From the NCBI GenBank assembly GCA_964016885.1, contig OZ024740.1, forward strand, positions 295,802,001-295,866,000: 64,000 nt of DNA, in the 5' to 3' direction. The notes below the pieces were generated by a model that was given only the letters and a program-made list of their open reading frames with translations, searched no databases and was not told where the DNA came from. This stretch comes from Eledone cirrhosa. Its lineage: Eukaryota. Below, piece by piece: positions 40,601-56,500 of the stretch (the stretch's first letter is position 1; the number at the start of each line of letters is the position of its first letter). The position numbers and the translations under genes are program-made.

Positions 40601-43600
40601 GAGTGAGTGTACCTAAGAATATATTACATAGACAGTGAGTGTACCTGACAATATTTTATATAGATAGTGAGTGTACCTAAGAATATATTATATAGACAGT
40701 GAGTGTACCTAATAATATATTATATAGACAGTGATTGTACCTAAGAATATATTATATAGGCACTGAATGGACCTGAGAATATATTATCTAGACAATAAGT
40801 GTACCTAAGGATATATTATATAGAGAGTGAGTGTACTGAGAATATATTATATAGACAGTGAATGTATCCAAGAATATATTATATAGACAGAGAGTGTACC
40901 TGAGAATATATTATATAGACAGTGAGTGTACCTAAGAATATATTATATAGATAGTGAGTGTATCCAAGAATATATTATATAGACAGTGAGTGTACCTGAA
41001 AATATATATTATATAGACAGTGAGTGTACCTAAGAATATATTATATAGACAGTGAATGTATCCAAGAATATATTATATAGATAGTGAGTGTATCTGAGAA
41101 TATATTATATAGACAGTGAGTGTACATAAGAATATATTATATAGATAGTGAGTGTATCCAAGAATATATTATATAGACAGTGAGTGTACCTGAGAATATA
41201 TTATATAGACAGTGAGTGTACCTAAGAATATATTATATAGACAGTGAATGTATCCAAGAATATATTATATAGATAATGAGTGTATCTGAGAATATATTAT
41301 ATAGACAGTGAGTGTACATAAGAATATATTATATAGACAGTGAGTGTACCTAAGAATATATTATATAGATAGTGAGTGTACCTGAGAATATATTATATAG
41401 ACAGTGAGTGTACCTAAGAATATATTATATAGACAGTGAGTGTTCCTAAGAATATATTATATAGACAGTGAGTGTACTGAATATATATTATATAGACAAT
41501 GAGTTTACCTAAGAATATATTATATAGACAGTGAGTGTACCTAAGAATATATTATATAGATAGTGAGCGTACCTGAGAATATATTATATAGACAGTGAGT
41601 GTACCTAAGAATATATTATTTAGACAGTGAGTGTACCTAATAAAATATTATATAGAGAGTGAGTGTACCTAAGAATATATTACATAGACAGTGAGTGTAC
41701 CTGACAATATATTATATAGATAGTGAGTGTACCTAAGAATATATTATATAGACAGTGATTGTACCTAAGAATATATTATATAGGCAGTGAGTGTACCTGA
41801 CAATATATTATATAGATAGTGAGCGTACCTAAGAATATATTATATAGACAGTGAGTGTACCTAATAATATATTATATAGACAGTGATTGTACCTAAGAAT
41901 ATATTATATAGGCACTGAATGGACCTGAGAATATATTATCTAGACAATAAGTGTACCTAAGGATATATTATATAGAGAGTGAGTGTACTGAGAATATATT
42001 ATATAGACAGTGAATGTATCCAAGAATATATTATATAGACAGTGAGTGTACCTGAGAATATATTATATAGACAGTGAGTGTACCTAAGAATATATTATAT
42101 AGATAGTGAGTGTATCCAAGAATATATTATATAGACAGTGAGTGTACCTGAAAATATATATTATATAGACAGTGAGTGTACCTAAGAATATATTATATAG
42201 ACAGTGAATGTATCCAAGAATATATTATATAGATAGTGAGTGTATCTGAGAATATATTATATAGACAGTGAGTGTACATAAGAATATATTATATAGATAG
42301 TGAGTGTATCCAAGAATATATTATATAGACAGTGAGTGTACCTGAGAATATATTATATAGACAGTGAGTGTACCTAAGAATATATTATATAGACAGTGAA
42401 TGTATCCAAGATTATATTATATAGATAGTGAGTGTATCTGAGAATATATTATATAGACAGTGAGTGTACATAAGAATATATTATATAGACAGTGAGTGTA
42501 CCTAAGAATATATTATATAGATAGTGAGTGTACCTGAGAATATATTATATAGACAGTGAGTGTACCTAAGAATATATTATATAGATAGTGAGTGTACCTG
42601 AGAATATATTATATAGACAGTGAGTGTTCCTAAGAATATATTATATAGACAGCATGTGTACTGAATATATATTATATAGACAATGAGTGTACCTAAGAAT
42701 ATATTATATAGACAGTGAGTGTACCTAAGAATATATTATATAGACAGTGAGTGTACCTAAGAATATATTATATAGACCGTGAGTGTACCTAAGAATATAA
42801 TATATAGACAGTGAGTGTACCTAAGAATATATTATATAGACAGTGAGTGTTCCTAAGAATATATTATTTAGACAGTGAGTGTACTGAATATATATTATAT
42901 AGACAATGAGTGTCCCTAAGAATATATTATATAGACAGTGAGTGTACCTAACAATATATTATATAGACAGTGAGTGTACCTAAGAATATATTATATAGAC
43001 AGCCAGTGTACTGAATATATATTATATATACAATGAGTGTACCTAAGAATATATTATATAGACAGTGAGTGTACCTAAGAATATATTATATAGACAGTGA
43101 GTGTACCTAAGAATATATTATATAGACAGTGATTGTACCTAAGAATATATTATATAGACAGTGAGTGTACCTAATAATATATTATATAGACAGTGATTGT
43201 ACCGAAGAATATATTATATAGGCACTGACTGGACCTGAGAATATAATATATAGACAATAAGTGTACCTAAGAATATATTATATAGAGAGTGAGTGTACTG
43301 AGAATATATTATATAGACAGTGAGTGTACTGAGAATATATTATATAGACAGTGAGTGTACCTAAGAATATATTATATAGAGAGTGTGTGTACCCGAGAAT
43401 ATATTATATAGACAGTGAGTGTACCTAAGAATATATTATATAGACAGTGAGTGTACCTAAGAATATATTATATAGGCACTGAAAGGACCTGAGAATATAT
43501 TATCTAGACAATAAGTGTGCCTAAGGATATATTATATAGAGAGTGAGTGTACTGAGAATATATTATATAGACAGTGATGTATCCAAGAATATATTATATA

Positions 43601-46600
43601 GACAGTGAGTGTACCTGAAAATATATATTATATAGACAGTGAGTGTACCTAAGAATATATTATATAGACAGTGAATGTATCCAAGAATATATTATATAGA
43701 TAGTGAGTGTATCTGAGAATATATTATATAGACAGTGAGTGTACATAAGAATATATTATATAGATAGTGAGTGTATCCAAGAATATATTATATAGACAGT
43801 GAGTGTACCTGAGAATATATTATATAGACAGTGAGTGTACCTAAGAATATATTATATAGACAGTGAATGTATCCAAGAATATATTATATAGATAGTGAGT
43901 GTATCTGAGAATATATTATATAGACAGTGAGTGTACCTAAGAATATATTATATAGATAGTGAGTGTATCTAAGAATATATTATATAGATAGTGAGTGTAC
44001 CTAAGAATATATTATATAGACAGTGAGTGTACCTAAGAATATATTATATAGACAGTGAGTGTACCTAAGAATATATTATATAGACAGTGAGTGTACCCGA
44101 GAATATATTATATAGACAGTGATTGTACCTAAGAATATATTATATAGACAGTGAGTGTACCTAACAATATATTATATAGACAGTGAGTGTACCTAAGAAT
44201 ATATTATATAGACAGTGAGTGTAACTAAGAATATATTATATAGAGTGTGAGTGTTCCTAAGAATATATTATATAGACAGTGAGTGTACTAAATATATATT
44301 ATATAGACAATGAGTGTACCTAAGTATATATTATATAGACAGTGAGTGTACCTAACAATATATTATATAGACAGTGAGTGTACCTAAGAATATATTATAT
44401 AGACAGTGAGTGTACCTAATAAAATATTATATAGAGAGTGAGTGTAACTAAGAATATATTACATAGACAGTGAGTGTACCTGACAATATATTATATAGAT
44501 AGTGAGTGTACCTAAGAATATATTATATAGACAGTGAGTGTAACTAATAATATATTATATAGACAGTGATTGTACCTAAGAATATATTATATAGGCACTG
44601 AATGGACCTGAGAATATATTATCTAGACAATAATTGTACCTAAGGATATATTATATAGAGAGTGAGTGTACTGAGAATATATTATATAGACAGTGAATGT
44701 ATCCAAGAATATATTATATAGACAGTGAGTGTACCTGAGAATATATTATATAGACAGTGAGTGTACCTAAGAATATATTATATAGATAGTGAGTGTATCC
44801 AAGAATATATTATATAGACAGTGAGTGTACCTGAAAATATATATTATATAGACAGTGAGTGTACCTAAGAATATATTATATAGACAGTGAATGTATCCAA
44901 GAATATATTATATAGATAGTGAGTGTATCTGAGAATATATTATATAGACAGTGAGTGTACATAAGAATATATTATATAGATAGTGAGTGTATCCAAGAAT
45001 ATATTATATAGACAGTGAGTGTACCTGAGAATATATTATATAGACAGTAAGTGTACCTAAGAATATATTATATAGACAGTGAATGTATCCAAGAATATAT
45101 TATATAGATAGTGAGTGTATCTGAGAATATATTATATAGACAGTGAGTGTACATAAGAATATATTATATAGACAGTGAGTGTACCTAAGAATATATTATA
45201 TAGATAGTGAGTGTATCTAAGAATATATTATATAGACAGTGAGTGTATCTATGAATATATTATATAGACAGTGAGTGTACCTAAGAATATATTATATAGA
45301 CAGTGAGTGTACCTAAGAATATATTATATAGACAGTGAGTGTACCTAAGAATATATTATATAGACAGTGAGTGTACCTACAAATATATTATATAGACAGT
45401 GAGTGTACCTAAGCATATATTATATAGACAGTGAGTGTACCTAAGATTATATTATATAGACAGTGAGTGTAACTAAGAATATATTATATAGACAGTGAGT
45501 GTACCCGAGAATATATTATATAGACAGTGATTATACCTAAGAATATATTATATACACAGTGAGTGTACCTAACAATATATTATATAGACAGTGAGTGTAC
45601 CTAAGAATATATTATATAGAAAGTGAGTGTACCAAACAATATATTATATAGACAGTGAGTGTACCTAAGAATATATTATATAGACAGTGAGTGTACCTAA
45701 GAATATATTATATAGAGAGTGAGTGTACCTAAGAATATATTATATAGACAGTGAGTGTACCTAAGAATATATTATATAGACAGTGAGTGTACCTAAGAAT
45801 ATATTATATAGACAGTGATTGTACCTAAGAATATATTATATAGACAGTGAGTGTACCTAATAATATATTATATAGACAGTGATTGTACCGAAAAATATAT
45901 TATATAGGCACTGACTGGACCTGAGAATATAATATATAGACAATAAGTGTACCTAAGAATATATTATATAGAGAGTGAGTGTACTGAGAATATATTATAT
46001 AGACAGTGAGTGTACCTAAGAATATATTATATAGAGAGTGAGTGTACCCGAGAATATATTATATAGACAGTGAGTGTACCTAAGAATATATTATATAGAC
46101 AGTGAGTGTACCTAAGAATATATTATATAGACAGTGAGTGTACCTAAGAATATATTATATAGACAATGAATGTACCTAAGAATATATTATATAGAGATTG
46201 AGTGTATCTAAGAATATATTATATAGACAGTGAGTGTACCTAAGAATATATTATATAGACAGTGAGTGTACCTGAGAATATATTATATAGACAGTGAGTG
46301 TACCTAAGGATATATTATATAGATAGTGAGTGTACCTGAGAATATATTATATAGACAGTGAGTGTTCCTAAGAATATATTATATAGACAGCAAGTGTACT
46401 GAATATATATTATATAGACAATGAGTGTACCTAAGAATATATTATATAGACAGTGAGTGTACCTAAGAATATATTATATAGACAGTGATTGTACCTAAGA
46501 ATATATTATATAGGCACTGAATGGACCTGAGAATATATTATCTAGACAATAAGTGTACCTAAGGATATATTATATAGAGAGTGAGTGTACTGAGAATATA

Positions 46601-47599
46601 TTATATAGACAGTGAATGTATCCAAGAATATATTATATAGACAGTGAGTGTACCTGAGAATATATTATATAGATAGTGAGTGTATCCAAGAATATATTAT
46701 ATAGACAGTGAGTGTACCTGAAAATATATATTATATAGACAGTGAGTGTACCTAAGAATATATTATATAGACAGTGAATGTATCCAAGAATATATTATAT
46801 AGATAGTGAGTGTATCTGAGAATATATTATATAGACAGTGAGTGTACATAAGAATATATTATATAGATAGTGAGTGTATCCAAGAATATATTATATAGAC
46901 AGTGAGTGTACCTGAGAATATATTATATAGACAGTGAGTGTACCTAAGAATATATTATATAGACAGTGAATGTATCCAAGAATATATTATATAGATAGTG
47001 AGTGTATCTGAGAATATATTATATAGACAGTGAGTGTACATAAGAATATATTATATGGACAGTGAGTGTACCTAAGAATATATTATATAGATAGTGAGTG
47101 TACCTGAGAATATATTATATAGACAGTGAGTGTACCTAAGAATATATTATATAGATAGTGAGTGTACCTGAGAATATATTATATAGACAGTGAGTTTTCC
47201 TAAGAATATATTATATAGACAGCAAGTGTACTGAATATATATTATATAGACAATGAGTGTACCTAAGAATATATTATATAGACAGTGAGTGTACCTAAGA
47301 ATATATTATATAGACCGTGAGTGTACCTAAGAATATAATATATAGACAGTGAGTGTACCTAAGAATATATTATATAGACAGTGAGTGTTCCTAAGAATAT
47401 ATTATATAGACAGTGAGTGTACTGAATATATATTATATAGACAATGAGTGTCCCTAAGAATATATTATATAGACAGTGAGTGTACCTAACAATATATTAT
47501 ATAGACAGTGAGTGTACCTAAGAATATATTATATAGACAGCCAGTGTACTGAATATATATTATATATACAATGAGTGTACCTAAGAATATATTATATAG

Positions 47600-50500
47600 A
47601 CAGTGAGTGTACCTAAGTATATATTATATAGACAGTGAATGTACCTAAGAATATATTATATAGACAGTGAGTGTACCTAAGAATATATTATATAGACAGT
47701 GAATGTATCCAAGAATATATTATATAGACAGTGAGTGTACCTGAGAATATATTATATAGACAGTGAGTGTACCTAAGAATATATTATATAGATAGTGAGT
47801 GTATCCAAGAATATATTATATAGACAGTGAGTGTACCTGAAAATATATATTATATAGACAGTGAGTGTACCTAAGAATATATTATATAGACAGTGAATGT
47901 ATCCAAGAATATATTATATAGATAGTGAGTGTATCTGAGAATATATTATATAGACAGTGAGTGTACATAAGAATATATTATATAGATAGTGAGTGTATCC
48001 AAGAATATATTATATAGACAGTGAGTGTACCTGAGAATATATTATATAGACAGTGAGTGTACCTAAGAATATATTATATAGACAGTGAATGTATCCAAGA
48101 ATATATTATATAGATAGTGAGTGTATCTGAGAATATATTATATAGACAGTGCGTGTACATAAGAATATATTATATAGACAGTGAGTGTACCTAAGAATAT
48201 ATTATATAGATAGTGAGTGTACCTGAGAATATATTATATAGACAGTGAGTGTACCTAAGAATATATTATATAGATAGTGAGTGTACCTGAGAATATATTA
48301 TATAGACAGTGAGTGTTCCTAAGAATATATTATATAGACAGCAAGTGTACTGAATATATATTATATAGACAATGAGTGTACCTAAGAATATATTATATAG
48401 ACAGTGAGTGTACCTAAGAATATATTATATAGACAGTGAGTGTACCTAAGAATATATTATATAGACCGTGAGTGTACCTAAGAATATAATATATAGAGAG
48501 TGAGTGTACCTAAGAATATATTATATAGACAGTGAGTGTTCCTAAGAATATATTATATAGACAGTGAGTGTACTGAATATATATTATATAGACAATGAGT
48601 GTCCCTAAGAATATATTATATAGACAGTGAGTGTACCTAACAATATATTATATAGACAGTGAGTGTACCTAATAAAATATTATATAGAGAGTGAGTGTAC
48701 CTAAGAATATATTACATAGACAGTGAGTGTACCTGACAATATATTATATAGATAGTGAGTGTACCTAAGAATATATTATATAGACAGTGAGTGTACCTAA
48801 TAATATATTATATAGACAGTGATTGTACCTAAGAATATATTATATAGGCACTGAATGGACCTGAGAATATATTATCTAGACAATAAGTGTGCCTAAGGAT
48901 ATATTATATAGAGAGTGAGTGTACTGAGAATATATTATATAGACAGTGATGTATCCAAGAATATATTATATAGACAGTGAGTGTACCTGAAAATATATAT
49001 TATATAGACAGTGAGTGTACCTAAGAATATATTATATAGACAGTGAATGTATCCAAGAATATATTATATAGATAGTGAGTGTATCTGAGAATATATTATA
49101 TAGACAGTGACTGTACATAAGAATATATTATATAGATAGTGAGTGTATCCAAGAATATATTATATAGACAGTGAGTGTACCTGAGAATATATTATATAGA
49201 CAGTGAGTGTACCTAAGAATATATTATATAGACAGTGAATGTATCCAAGAATATATTATATAGATAGTGAGTGTATCTGAGAATATATTATATAGACAGT
49301 GAGTGTACCTAAGAATATATTATATAGATAGTGAGTGTATCTAAGAATATATTATATAGATAGTGAGTGTACCTAAGAATATATTATATAGACAGTGAGT
49401 GTACCTAAGAATATATTATATAGACAGTGAGTGTACCAAGGAATATATCATATAGACAGTGAGTGTACCTAAGCATATATTATATAGACAGTGAGTGTAC
49501 CTAAGATTATATTATATAGACAATGAGTGTAACTAAGAATATATTATAAAGACAGTGAGTGTACCCGAGAATATATTATATAGACAGTGATTGTACCTAA
49601 GAATATATTATATAGACAGTGAGTGTACCTAACAATATATTATATAGACAGTGAGTGTACCTAACAATATATTATATAGAAAGTGAGTGTACCAAACAAT
49701 ATATTATATTGACAGTGAGTGTACTAAAAGAATATATTATATAGACAGTGAGTGTACCTAAGAATATATTATATAGAGAGTGAGTGTACCTAAGAATATA
49801 TTATATAGACAGTGAGTGTACCTAAGAATATATTATATAGACAGTGATTGTACCTAAGAATATATTATATAGACAGTGAGTGTACCTGAAAATATATATT
49901 ATATAGACAGTGAGTGTACCTAAGAATATATTATATAGACAGTGAATGTATCCAAGAATATATTATATAGATAGTGAGTGTACCTGAGAATATATTATAT
50001 AGACAGTGAGTGTACATAAGAATATATTATATATATAATGAGTGTATCCAAGAATATATTATATAGACAGTGAGTGTACCTGAAAATATATATTATATAG
50101 ACAGTGAGTTTACCTAAGAATATATTATATAGACAGTGAATGTACCTAAGAATATATTATATAGACAGTGAGTGTATCTGAGAATATATTATATAGACAG
50201 TGAGTGTACATAAGAATATATTATATAGACAGTGAGCGTACCTAAGAATATATTATATAGATAGTGTGTGTACCTGAGAATATATTGTATAGACAGTGAG
50301 TGTACCTAAGAATATATTATATAGAGTGTGAGTGTTCCTAAGAATATATTATATAGACAGTGAGTGTACTGAATATATATTATATAGACAATGAGTGTAC
50401 CTAAGAATATATTATATAGACAGTGAGTGTACCTAAGAATATATTATATAGACAGTGAGTGTACCTAAGAATATATTATATAGACAGTGAGTGTACCTAA

Positions 50501-53500
50501 GAATATATTATATAGACAGTGAGTGTAACTAAGAATATATTATATAGAGTGTGAGTGTTCCTAAGAATATATTATATAGACAGTGAGTGTACTGAATATA
50601 TATTATATAGACAATGAGTGTACCTAAGTATATATTATATAGACAGTGAGTGTACCTAACAATATATTATATAGACAGTGAGTGTACCTAAGAATATATT
50701 ATATAGACAGCCAGTGTACTGAATATATATTATATATACAATGAGTGTACCTAAGAATATATTATATAGACAGTGAGTGTACCTAAGAATATATTATATA
50801 GACAGTGAGTGTACCTAAGAATATATTATATAGACAGTGAGTGTACCTAAGAATATATTATATAGACAGTGAGTGTTCCTAAGAATATATTATATAGACA
50901 GTGAGTGTACTGAATATATATTATATAGACAATGAGTGTACCTAAGAATATATTATATAGACAGTGAGTGTACCTAAGAATATATTATATAGATAGTGAG
51001 CGTACCTGAGATTATATTATATAGACAGTGAGTGTACCTAAGAATATATTATATAGACAGTGAGTGTACCTAATAAAATATTATATAGAGAGTGAGTGTA
51101 ACTAAGAATATATTACATAGACAGTTAGTGTACCTGACAATATATTATATAGATAGTGAGTGTACCTAAGAATATATTATATAGACAGTGAGTGTAACTA
51201 ATAATATATTATATAGACAGTGATTGTACCTAAGAATATATTATATAGGCACTGAATGGACCTGAGAATATATTATCTAGACAATAAGTGTACCTAAGGA
51301 TATATTATATAGAGAGTGAGTGTACTGAGAATATATTATATAGACAGTGAATGTATCCAAGAATATATTATATAGACAGTGAGTGTACCTGAGAATATAT
51401 TATATAGACAGTGAGTGTACCTAAGAATATATTATATAGATAGTGAGTGTATCCAAGAATATATTATATAGACAGTGAGTGTACCTGAAAATATATATTA
51501 TATAGACAGTGAGTGTACCTAAGAATATATTATATAGACAGTGAATGTATCTGAGAATATATTATATAGACAGTGAGTGTACATAAGAATATATTATATA
51601 GATAGTGAGTGTATCCAAGAATATATTATATAGACAGTGAGTGTACCTGAGAATATATTATATAGACAGTGAGTGTACCTAAGAATATATTATATAGACA
51701 GTGAATGTATCCAAGAATATATTATATAGATAGTGAGTGTATCTGAGAATATATTATATAGACAGTGAGTGTACATAAGAATATATTATATAGACAGTGA
51801 GTGTACCTAAGAATATATTATATAGATAGTGAGTGTATCTAAGAATATATTATATAGACAGTGAGTGTATCTAAGAATATATTATATAGACAGTGAGTGT
51901 ACCTAAAAATATATTATATAGACAGTGAGTGTACCTAAGAATATATTATATAGACAGTGAGTGTACCTAAGAATATATTATATAGACAGTGATTGTACCT
52001 AAGAATATATTATATAGACAGTGAGTGTACCTAATAATATATTATATAGACAGTGATTGTACCGAAGAATATATTATATAGGCACTGACTGGACCTGAGA
52101 ATATAATATATAGACAATAAGTGTACCTAAGAATATATTATATAGAGAGTGAGTGTACTGAGAATATATTATATAGACAGTGAGTGTACTGAGAATATAT
52201 TATATAGACAGTGATTGTACCTAAGAATATATTATATAGACAGTGAGTGTACCTGAAAATATATATTATATAGACAGTGAGTGTACCTAAGAATATATTA
52301 TATAGACAGTGAATGTATCCAAGAATATATTATATAGATAGTGAGTGTACCTGAGAATATATTATATAGACAGTGAGTGTACATAAGAATATATTATATA
52401 TATAATGAGTGTATCCAAGAATATATTATATAGACAGTGAGTGTACCTGAAAATATATATTATATAGACAGTGAGTTTACCTAAGAATATATTATATAGA
52501 CAGTGAATGTACCTAAGAATATATTATATAGACAGTGAGTGTATCTGAGAATATATTATATAGACAGTGAGTGTACATAAGAATATATTATATAGACAGT
52601 GAGCGTACCTAAGAATATATTATATAGATAGTGTGTGTACCTGAGAATATATTGTATAGACAGTGAGTGTACCTAAGAATATATTATATAGAGTGTGAGT
52701 GTTCCTAAGAATATATTATATAGACAGTGAGTGTACTGAATATATATTATATAGACAATGAGTGTACCTAAGAATATATTATATAGACAGTGAGTGTACC
52801 TAAGAATATATTATATAGACAGTGAGTGTACCTAAGAATATATTATATAGACAGTGAGTGTACCTAAGAATATATTATATAGACAGTGAGTGTAACTAAG
52901 AATATATTATATAGAGTGTGAGTGTTCCTAAGAATATATTATATAGACAGTGAGTGTACTGAATATATATTATATAGACAATGAGTGTACCTAAGTATAT
53001 ATTATATAGACAGTGAGTGTACCTAACAATATATTATATAGACAGTGAGTGTACCTAAGAATATATTATATAGACAGCCAGTGTACTGAATATATATTAT
53101 ATATACAATGAGTGTACCTAAGAATATATTATATAGACAGTGAGTGTACCTAAGAATATATTATATAGACAGTGAGTGTACCTAAGGATATATTATATAG
53201 ACAGTGAGTGTACCTAAGAATATATTATATAGACAGTGAGTGTTCCTAAGAATATATTATATAGACAGTGAGTGTACTGAATATATATTATATAGACAAT
53301 GAGTGTACCTAAGAATATATTATATAGACAGTGAGTGTACCTAAGAATATATTATATAGATAGTGAGCGTACCTGAGATTATATTATATAGACAGTGAGT
53401 GTACCTAAGAATATATTATATAGACAGTGAGTGTACCTAATAAAATATTATATAGAGAGTGAGTGTAACTAAGAATATATTACATAGACAGTTAGTGTAC

Positions 53501-56500
53501 CTGACAATATATTATATAGATAGTGAGTGTACCTAAGAATATATTATATAGACAGTGAGTGTAACTAATAATATATTATATAGACAGTGATTGTACCTAA
53601 GAATATATTATATAGGCACTGAATGGACCTGAGAATATATTATCTAGACAATAAGTGTACCTAAGGATATATTATATAGAGAGTGAGTGTACTGAGAATA
53701 TATTATATAGACAGTGAATGTATCCAAGAATATATTATATAGACAGTGAGTGTACCTGAGAATATATTATATAGACAGTGAGTGTACCTAAGAATATATT
53801 ATATAGATAGTGAGTGTATCCAAGAATATATTATATAGACAGTGAGTGTACCTGAAAATATATATTATATAGACAGTGAGTGTACCTAAGAATATATTAT
53901 ATAGACAGTGAATGTATCTGAGAATATATTATATAGACAGTGAGTGTACATAAGAATATATTATATAGATAGTGAGTGTATCCAAGAATATATTATATAG
54001 ACAGTGAGTGTACCTAAGAATATATTATATAGACAGTGAATGTATCCAAGAATATATTATATAGATAGTGAGTGTATCTGAGAATATATTATATAGACAG
54101 TGAGTGTACATAAGAATATATTATATAGACAGTGAGTGTACCTAAGAATATATTATATAGATAGTGAGTGTATCTAAGAATATATTATATAGACAGTGAG
54201 TGTATCTAAGAATATATTATATAGACAGTGAGTGTACCTAAAAATATATTATATAGACAGTGAGTGTACCTAAGAATATATTATATAGACAGTGAGTGTA
54301 CCTAAGAATATATTATATAGACAGTGATTGTACCTAAGAATATATTATATAGACAGTGAGTGTACCTAATAATATATTATATAGACAGTGATTGTACCGA
54401 AGAATATATTATATAGGCACTGACTGGACCTGAGAATATAATATATAGACAATAAGTGTACCTAAGAATATATTATATAGAGAGTGAGTGTACTGAGAAT
54501 ATATTATATAGACAGTGAGTGTACTGAGAATATATTATATAGACAGTGAGTGTACCTAAGAATATATTATATAGAGAGTGAGTGTACCCGAGAATATATT
54601 ATATAGACACTGAGTGTACCTAAGAATATATTATATAGACAGTGAGTGTACCTAAGAATATATTATATAGACAGTGAGTGTACCTAAGAATATATTATAT
54701 AGACAATGAGTGTACCTAAGAATATATTATATAGAGATTGAGTGTATCTAAGAATATATTATATAGACAGTGAGTGTACCTAAGAATATATTATATAGAC
54801 AGTGAGTGTACCTGAGAATATATTATATAGACAGTGAGTGTACCTAAGGATATATTATATAGATAGTGAGTGTACCTGAGAATATATTATATAGACAGTG
54901 AGTGTTCCTAATAATATATTATATAGACAGTGATTGTACCTAAGAATATATTATATAGGCACTGAATGGACCTGAGAATATATTATCTAGACAATAAGTG
55001 TACCTAAGGATATATTATATAGAGAGTGAGTGTACTGAGAATATATTATATAGACAGTGAATGTATCCAAGAATATATTATATAGACAGTGAGTGTACCT
55101 GAGAATATATTATATAGACAGTGAGTGTACCTAAGAATATATTATATAGATAGTGAGTGTACCTAAGTATATATTATATAGACAGTGAATGTACCTAAGA
55201 ATATATTATATAGACAGTGAGTGTACCTAAGAATATATTATATAGACAGTGAATGTATCCAAGAATATATTATATAGACAGTGAGTGTACCTGAGAATAT
55301 ATTATATAGACAGTGAGTGTACCTAAGAATATATTATATAGATAGTGAGTGTATCCAAGAATATATTATATAGACAGTGAGTGTACCTGAAAATATATAT
55401 TATATAGACAGTGAGTGTACCTAAGAATATATTATATAGACAGTGAATGTATCCAAGAATATATTATATAGATAGTGAGTGTATCTGAGAATATATTATA
55501 TAGACAGTGAGTGTACATAAGAATATATTATATAGATAGTGAGTGTATCCAAGAATATATTATATAGACAGTGAGTGTACCTGAGAATATATTATATAGA
55601 CAGTGAGTGTACCTAAGAATATATTATATAGACAGTGAATGTATCCAAGAATATATTATATAGATAGTGAGTGTATCTGAGAATATATTATATAGACAGT
55701 GCGTGTACATAAGAATATATTATATAGACAGTGAGTGTACCTAAGAATATATTATATAGATAGTGAGTGTACCTGAGAATATATTATATAGACAGTGAGT
55801 GTACCTAAGAATATATTATATAGATAGTGAGTGTACCTGAGAATATATTATATAGACAGTGAGTGTTCCTAAGAATATATTATATAGACAGCAAGTGTAC
55901 TGAATATATATTATATAGACAATGAGTGTACCTAAGAATATATTATATAGACAGTGAGTGTACCTAAGAATATATTATATAGACAGTGAGTGTACCTAAG
56001 AATATATTATATAGACCGTGAGTGTACCTAAGAATATAATATATAGAGAGTGAGTGTACCTAAGAATATATTATATAGACAGTGAGTGTTCCTAAGAATA
56101 TATTATATAGACAGTGAGTGTACTGAATATATATTATATAGACAATGAGTGTCCCTAAGAATATATTATATAGACAGTGAGTGTACCTAACAATATATTA
56201 TATAGACAGTGAGTGTACCTAATAAAATATTATATAGAGAGTGAGTGTACCTAAGAATATATTACATAGACAGTGAGTGTACCTGACAATATATTATATA
56301 GATAGTGAGTGTACCTAAGAATATATTATATAGACAGTGAGTGTACCTAATAATATATTATATAGACAGTGATTGTACCTAAGAATATATTATATAGGCA
56401 CTGAATGGACCTGAGAATATATTATCTAGACAATAAGTGTGCCTAAGGATATATTATATAGAGAGTGAGTGTACTGAGAATATATTATATAGACAGTGAT

